Assembly: GCA_046563655.1 (NCBI GenBank)
Contig: CM102286.1
Location: forward strand, 4,898,001 to 4,962,000
From: Yuukianura sp. NJ FZ-2021
Lineage: Eukaryota
DNA: 64,000 nt
Direction: 5' to 3'
Part shown: in pieces, positions 25,342-36,997 of the stretch
Layout: the number at the start of each line of letters is the position of its first letter
How positions within the stretch are numbered: the first letter of the stretch is position 1
The notes under the pieces: generated by a model
Told to the model about the DNA's origin: nothing
The model's database searches: none
The model's input: the letters and a program-made list of their open reading frames with translations, nothing else
Position numbers and translations under genes: made by a program

Positions 25342-27303
25342 ATGGAACCAACTCCGAAGGATTTCCTTCCAGGCAAACTGTTTGAAAATCAGGTTTACAA
25401 ATCGCTGAGTTGCATTTTAAAAAATATGACAGACATGCTGCTTTTGATGGAGCAAAACGTGACATCCAGCTACTCACATGGAAACGACAACCAAACTCTG
25501 CCGGCTGAAATAATCAAACAAAGAATAGCCGAGAATGATGGGAATGATCTCTCAGAAAACGTTTGGCTCTCAATTCAAATTTTGGCGGTCCTGGGGTTGA
25601 CATGGCTCTTTGACCGTCACGTGATGCAGACATCAATAATTCAGCAATGGACAGAGGCCATCTTGGCCTGGATCTTTATCATCATGCTTCTGCCAATTCT
25701 AATTCCAGCGGCCATTGTCATCCTTCTTGCTCGCAGTGTCATCAGTCTAAAATTCAAAATTCGAGATGCCGGGAAATTTCAACTGATGGATCCATTTGAT
25801 GCTGTCTGGGTTTTTGAAAGTCCGCACTCCCCTTCCACATGCAATGGTCTTTATGTCATCAAAGGTCAAGCTGAACTAGCCAGAATCCGTGACCTTTTGG
25901 AAGTTCGAGTAATCCAGAAGAGGGATTCCAAAGGGAAGAGAGTTTATGGCAGATTTCGTTGGAAAATTGTTGAGAAGCATGGATTTGCTTGTTGGCATAA
26001 GGATACTTCGGAATTCAAGATGGATGACCATATTCGGTACTGTCAAGATGAGGACAAAGGTCCAGAATCAGAATGGACCGAAGAAGAAGTATTCCAGACG
26101 GCAGCAAAGCTCCATGAAACGTCGCTGAATCAGCCAGGAAAATCTCCATGGGAAATACTACTAATTCCTAAATTCAAAATTAAGGCGGGAAATTCAGAAG
26201 ACAGCCACTATGCAATATTTTTCAGAATCCATCACTCCCTTGGAGGTAGGATTTATTCCTGTTCTTTTCAAAATTTCCTAAATTCTTGTGGTGATGTGAT
26301 TTTTTCTTTGAAAATGTAAAAACTTATAGATGGAATATCCATGGGCAACATCCTCCATCAATGCATTGCAGATGAGCCGTTTGTTCTTTCAGTCGATCCA
26401 ACTAGCCCCCTGAAACATTCAAAATTTAAAATTTGGACCAGTTACATCATTTCATTCTTACTTTTGCCCCAAATTACAATTCGAAATATATTTTTCCAAG
26501 AAGATAATGCGTTTCACAGCGAGAAGACGCTGACAGGACCGAAAACAATGAACTGGTCTCGACCAATTTCTCTAACTGCGGTCAAGGAAATGAAAAACAC
26601 AAGTCGCACTTCGGTATTTACGGTGCTCTTGTCATGTCTAACTGGGGCCATGCGCAGTTTGTACAACAAGCATAAACAGCCGATTCCAAGCATCATTCAC
26701 GCTGTACCGCCAGTGGCAATTTTGCCATATCCAGACAGAAAGCCACGCAACAGATTCTCCGTAGTATTGTATCCATTGGCAACTGGAAAAGAAAATCCAA
26801 AAGAGAGGCTGCAGAGTGTATTCAAAGCTTCCAAGCAATTGGCTTCTTCTCCAGAAATCTTTAGCAACTTCTATGCCATCTTCATTATGGGAATGCTGCC
26901 GTTTAAGTTGATCACAATCTTTGCGCCCATTGCGCATGCGACTTTGAGTTTCTCCAACATTCCTGGTCCGACGGATATAGTAAAAGTATTTAACGGAGAT
27001 GAACTTGTTGAAATCGGTGCTTGGATTCCTGTAAAAAACCGAATAGGTAAATACACTTCGTTTCAATTTGAAATAGAAAGTTTTTGTTTTCAAACTGAAA
27101 AATAATATTATTTTTTGTTACTTATTACAGGAATATCGATGGGACTTTTCAGTTACAATGACAAGTTGCGTGTCACTTTCATAGCGGACAAAGCATGTCT
27201 ACCGAATTCCGACGACGTGGAACTCCTGCGGGATTATTTTGAGACTGAATTAGTGACTCTTGCTCAATCGCTAGATGTTTCGCAAAGTAAAATTTTTGTC
27301 TAA
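25342..27303 (+). CDS. WS/DGAT-family O-acyltransferase (wax ester synthase/diacylglycerol acyltransferase), copy 1, long N-terminus
   Basis: Exons 25342-26245, 26330-27046 and 27131-27303 (597 aa; the ATG shared with the other copies is at 25624). The catalytic HHSLG|DG is reconstituted across intron 1. It has a C-terminal FSNIPGP motif, GISMGLFSYNDKLRVTFIAD and an N-terminal TM segment. Confidence 0.88.
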
Positions 27304-27419
27304 AGCACCGTTTTATTAAGCAGAATGTATAACATAACCGGTACATATTTATTAAATTCCAAATCGATTACTAACGTGAATGCGTGACTTGGAGTGTTAT
27401 TTAATGAATCAAGAATTAT

Positions 27420-27772
27420 CAACAAAACGCAATTGACAAGAATGAGCTTCCTGTGTCTAATCGTTAATGTAATTCGTATAATAATTGGTGAAAGAACTTG
27501 TAACTAATTGTATTCATTTGACGACACTTCTTAGCTAAACTTATGTTAATTATACTGGGAAACAAGCGTCGTAACAATGAACAAAATCTACAAACCTTAG
27601 TTGAAAATCTAACTTTAATTGGATTTCGTAGTGAGTCTACGCAAAAAGTCAAATCGTACGAAAAACTATCGGAGTCTTAGATTTGATTCGCTTTGTACAA
27701 AAAGCTGCCGAACTCTGATGTTCGGATGAGTTACAGATATTGGCATCAAGATCAAGTGTGATTCCCTATCTC
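27420..27772 (-). pseudogene. Duplicated remnant of the WDR45B-like gene 3' end (last codons + 3' flank)
   Basis: tcaagtgtgattccctatctc at 27752-27772 is identical to 39141-39161, which encodes E-I-G-N-H-T-stop of the WDR45B-like gene. Sequence from ~27420 aligns loosely with ~38770-39140. Confidence 0.75.
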
Positions 27773-28219
27773 TACATTCCATTCCAGCAGTCGTTGAAAT
27801 TTTTAATTTCAAAAATGCAGTCGTGTTCCATGCAGCAAAAGAAAATTTTCGGTGATATTTTGAACTGCCAATGCCAGAAAAAGTATTCCGGATTGGGATT
27901 CGAATCTACATGCCGTACTGCCATACCATGGGTATTCAATACTCAATTAGCCACTCTTGACAGAGTGTAGCGAACAAAAGGTGCTTAAAGGTATCTTCAG
28001 TCTCACTGCAGTTACATGACAAGAAAAACAGGTTAGTTCTTCCATTGACTCCAACGTGTGCGCATGTACTTAAAACTTTGGTTGAAAATATTAAACTTGC
28101 CTGACAACAGATTTAAAAATTGCGTGCCCAATTGTGCCAAGTTTTCTCTCATAAAACTTTAACATAATCTTCAAATTTTGGCGGTTCTGGGGCTGACTTG
28201 GGTCTTTGACTTTCACGTT

Positions 28220-29885
28220 ATGCAGACGTCAATAATTCAGCAATGGACTGAGGCCATCTTGGCCTGGATCGTTGTCATCCTGCTCTTGCCAATTCTAATT
28301 CCGGTGGCCATTGTCATCCTTCTGGCTCGCGGCATCATCACTTTAAAATTCAAAATTCGAGATGCCGGGAAATTTCAACTCATGGATCCATTTGATGCTG
28401 TCTGGGCTTTTGAAAATCCTTACTCCGCTTCCACAGGCAATGGTCTGTATGTCATGAAAGGTCAAGCTGAACTAGCCAGAATCCGTGACCTTTTGGAAGT
28501 TCGACTAATTGAAAAGAGGGATTCTAAAGGAAGGAGGATTTATGACAGATTTCGATGGAGTATTGTTGAAAAGCATGGCTTTGCATGTTGGCACAAAAAT
28601 ACTCTGGAATTCAAGATAGATGACCCTGTTCGATTTTTTAGAGATGAGGACAAAGGTCCGGAATCAGAATGGACCGAAGAAGAAGTATTCCAGACGGCAG
28701 CAAAGCTCCAGGAAACTTCGTTGAGTCAGCCTGGGAAATCTCTATGGGAAGCACTACTAATCCCAAAATTGAAAATTAAATCGGACAATTCAGAAAGCCA
28801 TTACGCAATACTTTTTAGAATCCATCACTCTCTTGCAGGTAATAGCTCCGTTGCTATTCTTTTCAAATTTTGCAAATGATGTGAATTTTTGCTTTTTTTT
28901 TTAAATCTGGATATTTATAAGATGGATTGTCGCTGGGCCACGTCCTGCATCAATGCATCGCTGATGAGCCGTTTGTTCTACACCTGGATCCCATAAGTCC
29001 TCTGAAATATTCAAAAGTTACAATTTGGACCAGTTACATCATTTCATTTTTACTTTTGCCCCAAATTACAATTCGAAATTTCTTTTTCCAAGAAGATAAT
29101 GCATTTCATACCGAGAAGATGTTGACAGGACCAAAAACAATGAACTGGTCTCGACCAATTTCTTTAACTGCGGTCAAAGCACTGAAGAACACAAGTCACA
29201 CTTCCGTATTTACCGTTCTTTTATCATGTCTAACTGGAGCCATGCGCAGTTTGTACAAGAAGCATAAACAGCCAATACCAAACATCATTCACGCTGCAAC
29301 GTCAGTGGCCATTCTGCCATATCCAGACAGAAGTCCACGCAACAGATTTTCCGGGGTGTTCTATCCATTGGCAACGGGAAAAGAAAATTCAAATGAGCGG
29401 CTGCAAATCGTATTCAAAGCTTCTAAGGAATTGGCTTCAGCTCCTGACGTTCTTAGCAACTTCTATGCCATCTTCATTATGGGAATGCTGCCGTTTAATT
29501 TGATCAAATTCTTGGCGCCACTTGCGCATGCGACGATGGGTATCTCCAACATTCCTGGACCAATGGAGATGGTAAAAGTATTCAACGGTGATGAAGTTGT
29601 TGAAATAGGTACTTGGATTCCTGTAAAAAACCGAACAGGTAAATATTTTATTTGTATTTGAAATAGAAAATTTTTAGTTTAAAAATGAAAAATGAGAATT
29701 TGTTACTTACAGGAATATCGATGGGACTTTTCAGCTACAATGACAAGTTGCGAGTCACTTTCATAGCGGACAAAGTATGTCTACCGAATTCTGACGACGT
29801 GGACCTCCTGCGGGATTATTTTGAGACTGAATTAGTGACTCTTGCCCAATCGTTAGATGTTTCTCAAAGTAAAATTTTTGTTTAA
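28220..29885 (+). CDS. WS/DGAT-family O-acyltransferase, copy 2
   Basis: Exons 28220-28838, 28922-29638 and 29713-29885 (502 aa); HHSLA|DG; SNIPGP; frame intact. Confidence 0.87.
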
Positions 29886-30829
29886 AAAGCCTCGTTTTCA
29901 TTAAACAGAGTACAAATACTAACCGGCACCGTTTTATTAAATATCAAACCGATTACTAATCGACTTGGAGTGCTATTTAATCAGTCAAGAATGGTCAACA
30001 ATTCTCCCAATTTAAGTTTGTAACTAAAAACAAAAAATTGGGCAGATCAAAACTTCGTTGTTTGAAAATCTTTTAAGTGCAATCGGAACCGAAACATTTT
30101 CTCGAAGTGACTAAACTGTTTATTGGCTTATATTTCAGTGAAAGGGGTCCAAAAAATGTGACAAACAAAAGTCGTATCAATAGTCTTCTTCAGCATGTCG
30201 TAAACATGCGTCTCCCGCAGAATACTAAAATCCAAGCAGCCCCTTAATAGAAAAGCTAGCAGGGGTGTGTAATTCCATACACATTTCTCCAAATCGTTTC
30301 TAAAATTGGAGGAAATTTAGAAAACACAAAGAAAAGGTATTTCCGCTTCGTGATTACGCAATGTTAGGTTATTTAATGTAAATCTTCATATCCATCAAGC
30401 TTTTTTCTACTATGTTCTAAGTTCAAACGACCTTGATGCCCATAACCACCTATTACAAATTTGAAATATGCTTCCTGTGAGAACTGGCAAGAATAGTTGA
30501 AATATGCGAAACACGAGTGAAATGTTCTGAAAGGTTAGGTAATTAGGTAATATTTAGATTTAAAAATTAGATTATGTAATTCTCCCACGCAGCAGGAGTT
30601 GATCATTCCTTCAGAAATAATTTTCCCCTAGAGAATTACTATTATTTTTATTGGTGGGGAATTATTATTAAGTATGTTCGTTCAGTTTTGCTTGCATTTA
30701 CTTGACCATCAGGACAAATTAGTTCTTCTGTTGACTCCAACGCGTACGCAAATACTTACTAAAAGTTTACAACTTTGGTTGAAAATATTCCACTTCCTTG
30801 AGAACAGATTGCGTGTCCAATTGTGCGTG

Positions 30830-32486
30830 ATGCAAACGTCAATAATTCAGCAATGGACAGAGGCCATCTTTGCCTGGATCTTTGTGATCATGCTCATGCC
30901 AATTCTAATTCCAGTCGCCACTGTCATCCTTCTTGCTCGCGGCGTCATCAGTCTAAAATTCAAAATTCGAGATGCCGGGAAATTTCAACTGATGGATCCA
31001 TTTGATGCTGTCTGGGTTTTTGAAAATCCACACTCCGCTTCCACATGCAATAGTCTGAGTATCATCAAAGGCCAAACAAACCTGAACAAAATGCGTGACC
31101 TATTCGAAGTTGCAATGCAGAAAAGAGATTCCAAGGGGAAGATAATTTATGACAGATTTCGATGGAGTATTGTTGAAAAGCATGGATTTGCTTGCTGGCA
31201 CAAGAATACTTCGGAATTCAAGATAGATAACCATATTCGGTACTTTCTAGATGAGGACAAAGATGCAGAATCAGAATGGACCGAAGAAGAAGTATTCCAG
31301 ACGGAAGCAAAGCGCCTTGACACGTCGCTGAATCAGCCCGGGATTTCACCATGGGAAATACTGCTAATTCCAAAATTCAAAATTAAATCGAATAATTCAC
31401 AAAATCATTACGCAATCCTATTCAGATTCCATCACTCCCTTTTTGGTATGTATCTCTTTCACTTCTACTCTCTCCTTTAGGCAAATTCTTGGTAATGTGA
31501 TTTTTTTGACAATGTAAAAACTTACAGATGGAATATCCATGGGCCACATCTTCCATCAATGCATCGCTGATGAGCCGTTTGTTTTTTCACTCGATCCAAC
31601 TAGCCCCTTGAAATATTCAAAATTTACAATTTGGACCAGTTACATCATTTCATTTTTACTTTTGCCTCAAATTACAATTCGAAATTTCTTTTTCCAAGAA
31701 GATAATGCGTTTCATTCCGAGAAGATGTTGACAGGACCAAAGGCAATGAACTGGTCTCGACCAATTTCCCTAACTGCGGTCAAAGCACTGAAGAACACGA
31801 GTCACACTTCCGTATTTACCGTTCTTTTATCATGTCTAACTGGAGCCATGCGCAGTATGTACAAGAAGCATAAACAGCCCATTCCAAGCATCATTCACGC
31901 TGCACCGCCAGTGGCCATTCTGCCATATCCAGACAGGAATCCACGCAACAGGTTTTCCCTCGTGTTGTATCCATTGGCAACGGGAGAGGAAAATCCCAAA
32001 AAACGGTTGCAAAGCGTATTCAATGCTTCCAAACAACTGGCTTCTTCTCCAGACGTCTTTAGCAACTTCTTTGCCATCTTCATCGTGGGAATCCTTCCAT
32101 TTAAACTGAATAAATTTTTTTCATCACTTGTGCATGGGACGTTGGTTTTCTCAAACATTCCTGGACCAACGCATATGGTAAAAGTATTGAACGGAGATGA
32201 ACTTGTTGAAATCGGTGCATGGATTCCTATAAAAAATCGAACAGGTAAATACTTTATTCGAATTTGAACATTTTTATTTTCAAAATAACAATAACATTTT
32301 TTTTTTGTTACAGGAATATCGATGGGGCTTTTCAGCTACAATGACAAATTGCGTGTCACTTTCATAGCGGACAAAGTATGTCTACCGAATGCTGACGACG
32401 TGGAACTCCTGCGTGATTATTTTGAGTCTGAATTAGTAACTCTTGCTCAATCGCTAGATGTTTCTCAAAACGAAATTTTTGTCTAA
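30830..32486 (+). CDS. WS/DGAT-family O-acyltransferase, copy 3
   Basis: Exons 30830-31445, 31528-32244 and 32314-32486; HHSLF|DG; SNIPGP; frame intact. Confidence 0.87.
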
Positions 32487-33592
32487 AGAGCACCGCTTTC
32501 ATTAACAGAGTATAAAAGCCAACCGGCACCATTTTATTAAATATCAAATCGATTACTAATCGACCTGCAGTACTATTTAATCAGCCAAGAATTATCAACG
32601 AAACTAAATTGCAATTCACAAGAAGCAGATTCGTTTGTCTGAGCGTTAATGTAATTCTTACAATACACCTGTAGCGAAAAGGGTTCAACGAAATTTCTTG
32701 TAAATGCGAATTTGAATCATTTGGCTGTTTACATATTGCACGTTCAAGGAGGGAATTCACCCCTCCAGTCGTCCAGTCAGTCTCAATTTAAGAATGTAAA
32801 ATGTAACTGAACCAACTTTCAGAAAATGACCAGATCAAAACTTTGTTGTTTAAAAATCTTCGGAGTGCAATCGAAACCAAAACATTTTCGCGAAGCCACG
32901 ATACTGCGGGTAAGTAAAGTAGCCGTAGCCACCAAATTCTGCGTTGTTAATGTAACACTTTGAGTGCAAAGTAGACAATAAAAATGTTTGTGCCCCGAAC
33001 CGACTGTGATGGGACGTACGTTTCAGTGGAAGGCGTCTTAAAAATGTGACAGGCGGATGGACAGAAAAGTCGTATCAAACGGCTTCTTCAAGATGACATG
33101 CGTTTTCGGAAAACTAAAATCCATCCAGCCCTTTAATAGAATAGCTTTCTGGGGTACAATTCCACACAGATTTCTCCAAATCGTTTCCCATATTGGAGGA
33201 AATATAGAAAACACAAAGAAAGCGTATTTCCACTTCGTGATTCCATATGTTAGGTTGCCTAATCTATGTCTTCATCTCCATCAATCTTTTTCTGCTATCA
33301 AGCGACCTTGCTATCAAGTTCAAGCGACCTTGATACCCATAAAGACGAGGTATGCTTTCAGTGAGAACTGGCAAGAATACTTGAAATATGTGGAATACGA
33401 GTGAAATGTGTTGGAAGGTTGGATAATTAGGTAATATTTAGATTTAGAAGTTAGATTAAGTAATTCTCCCACGCAACAGAAGTTGATCACTCATTCAGAA
33501 ATAATTCTCCTTATAGAGTTACTTGCTAAAAATTTAAAACTTTAGTTGAAAATATTGAACTTTCTGGAGGACAGATTGTCCAACTGCGCGTG

Positions 33593-35270
33593 ATGCAGAC
33601 ATCAATAATTCAGCAATGGGCAGAAGCCATCTTGGCCTGGATCTTTGTCATCATGCTCTTACCAATTATAATTCCAGTGGCCATTGTCATCCTCCTTGCT
33701 CGCGGTGTCATTACTTTAAAATTCAAAATTCGAGACGCCGGGAAATTTGAACTGATGGATCCATTTGATGCAGTCTGGGTTTTTGAAAATCCACACTCCG
33801 CTTCCACATGCAATACTCTGAGTGTCATCAAAGGTCAAGCTGAGCTAGCCAGAATCCGTGACCTATTGGAAGTTCGACTAATTGAGAAGAGGGATTCCAA
33901 GGGGAAGAGGATTTACGACAGACTTCGATGGAGTGTTGTTGAAAAGCATGGCTTTGCATGTTGGCACAAAAATACTTTGGAATTCAAAATGGATGACCAT
34001 GTTCGATACTTTAAAGACGAGGATAAAGGTCCAGAATCAGAATGGGCAGAAGAAGAAGTATTCCAGACGGCAGCAAAACTTCATGACACTTCGCTGAATC
34101 AGCCTGGAAAATCTCCGTGGGACGCACTGCTAATTCCAAAATTCAAAATTAAATCGGAGAATTCGGAAAACCATTACGCAATACTTTTTAGGTTCCATCA
34201 CTCCCTTGCAGGTAACGCCTCCGTTGCTATTCTTTTTTTTTCTTTTTTGCAAATTTTGATGTTGCGAATTCTTGATTTTTTTTAAATCTAAAAACATACA
34301 GATGGAATCTCCTTGGGCCACATCCTCCATCAATGCGTCGCTGATGAGCCGTTTATTCTTTCCGTCGATCCAATTAGCCCCCTGAAATATTCAAAATTTA
34401 CAATTTGGACCAGTTACATCATTTCATTTTTACTTTTGCCCCAAATTACAATTCGAAATTTATTTTTCCAAGAAGATAATGCATTTCATTCCGAGAAGAT
34501 GTTGACAGGACCAAAGGCAATGAACTGGTCTCGACCAATTTCCCTAACTGCGGTCAAAGCACTGAAGAACACGAGTCACACTTCAGTCTTTACCGTTCTT
34601 TTATCATGTCTAACTGGAGCCATGCGCAGTATGTACAAGAAGCATAAACAGCCCATTCCAAGCATCATTCACGCTGCACCGCCCGTGGCTATTTTGCCTT
34701 ATCCAGATAGGAATCCACGCAACAGATTTTCCCTCGTGCTGTATCCATTGGTAACTAGAAAGGAAAATCCAAAAGAACGGTTGCAAAGCGTATTCAATGC
34801 TTCCAAACAACTGGCTTCTTCTCCAGACGTCTTTAGCAACTTCTTTGCCATCTTTATCGTGGGAATGCTTCCATTTAAGCTGAATAAATTTTTTTCATCA
34901 CTTGTGCATGCGACGTTGATTTTTTCCAACATTCCTGGACCCACGGATATGGTAAAAGTATATAACGGAGATGAACTTGTTGAAATCGGCGCTTGGGTTC
35001 CTGTAAAAAATCGAACAGGTAAATACTTTATTTTTTATTCGAATTTGAAAATTTTTAATTTCAAAATAAAAATAACATGTTTTTTCTTACTTTACAGGAA
35101 TATCGATGGGACTTTTCAGCTACAATGACAAGTTGCGTGTCAGTTTCATGGCGGACAAAGTGTGTCTACCGAATTCTGACGACGTGGACCTCCTGCGTGA
35201 TTATTTTGAGTCCGAATTAGTAACTCTTGCTCAATCGTTAGATGTTTCGCAAAGTGAAATTTTTCTCTAA
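33593..35270 (+). CDS. WS/DGAT-family O-acyltransferase, copy 4
   Basis: Exons 33593-34211, 34302-35018 and 35098-35270; HHSLA|DG; SNIPGP; frame intact. Confidence 0.87.
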
Positions 35271-35920
35271 AAAACACCGTTTTCATTTGGAGTGTTAATT
35301 AATCAATCATGAATTATCAACATTACTTAATTGCAATTGACAACGAGCAGCTTTTGCCTAACCCTTGGTGTAATTCTACAATTACTGAAAAATATTGTAA
35401 TAAATTGTATGCATGCGACGATACTTATTGTTGCTATCTATTTAATGATGCTCTCTAGTGAAACTTATTTTATCTACTATTAAAATATCCGCTCAGCCCC
35501 TACGGGGTTTAATTCCACACAGCTTTCTCCAATTTATTTCTCAAATAAATAGTGAAAGGAAGAAAGAGACAACATACAGGGTTAAGGGAACGCGGGGTTG
35601 TATCAGTTGTAACCACACTGTGGTGAAAATACGTAATGCCACGTATTTGCACTACTTAATTAAGTAGGTTAGGTTTTATCTATATTTTCATCCTATCCAT
35701 CAAGGGTTTGATACTGTTCTAAATTCAAGCGACCTTGGTACCCATAATCACCTACATACAAAGCCGAGATGTGAGAATTGGCAAAATTGCTGAAATATGG
35801 GAACTACGAGTGAAATGTGTTGTTAGGTAAAATTTAGATGAGAAATTATATTATATAATTCTCCCACGGAAGAGGAATTAATCATAATCAGTGAGAAATT
35901 ATTCTCCTTAGGGAATTATG

Positions 35921-36644
35921 GATGATGGAGAATGCTCCCTCCTTTCCACTACTGACGTAAGCATGACGTAAGCATGCCGTAAGCTACGTGACGAACCAGT
36001 TCGACCAACAACGTATTCGTCTTGATAACCATCCGGGGGTTACGAATAATAATCGGTGGTGCATTTGTCGAGGTTGAAGTAAAGTTCACGGTTCCACTTA
36101 TTTATAACCCGATTCGAGTTCAAAGGGAAGTCGTTTTATTCTGCCTAAGTTACTTACGAATTCAAATATCCTAAACTTGCATTTTACACCCCCACTACTA
36201 TCACGTTTACTTCAACCTGGGTGTGATTGCACTAATAAATAGATGGATACGTAGTAAGTAACCGCCGATTCTTGTTTTTTACTACGAAAGTTGGAATAAG
36301 CCGCAACTACCCCCGCTGTCACCACGAAGTGTCACCACTGACGACTGCTGTAATAAGTATAACCCCGCACTGGGTACAATGACCTTGCAACTACATAAAC
36401 ATTGGAGTGCTAGGTTTATAAATGCTTACGGCTGTCGATACTCCTTGTGGTTATCTGGTTTATTTGAATAAAAAGTTAACTTTGCGACGTTGGTTACGGC
36501 GTTTGCTTACAAGAAAAACATTTCCTACCTAGCCGGAATTTGAATTCGGCAAAAAAATTACCGTTCCGTACAATACAGGAAAATCGAAACCGATTTGCTA
36601 CGGTCTGGTGTTGTAGATTGAAACTTGTAGCGCAGTCCATCATC
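35921..36644. mobile_element. Candidate non-autonomous DNA element inserted between WS/DGAT copies 4 and 5
   Basis: The ~720 bp is absent from the other intergenic spacers. Its ends gatgatggagaatgct (35921) and agcgcagtccatcatc (36629-36644) form an imperfect inverted repeat (12/16). It contains an internal 11-bp tandem repeat TGACGTAAGCA x3 (35953-35984). Confidence 0.4.
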
Positions 36645-36997
36645 AATCTCACCGTAATATAGTCGAAGCTATCTATTTATCATCCTCCTTAACGAATTAT
36701 GGAAACCTGAAAGGCGTTTCTTGGCAAAGTGTTGCGCAACAAGGTGCTTAAAAGTATCTTCAGTTTCAATGCAATTACATGACCAGCAAAACAGATTAGT
36801 TCTTCTGTTGACCCCAACGCTTACGCAAGTGTACTTGCTAAAAGTTCAAGACTTCGGTAGTAAACCTTAAATTTCCCTGAGAACAGATTTACAAATTTCG
36901 TGTCCAATTGTACAAAAGTTTTCTCTCAGAAAACGTTTGGCACACCCTTCAAACTTTGGCGGGTCTGAGGTTGACTTGGGTCTTTGACTTTCACGTT

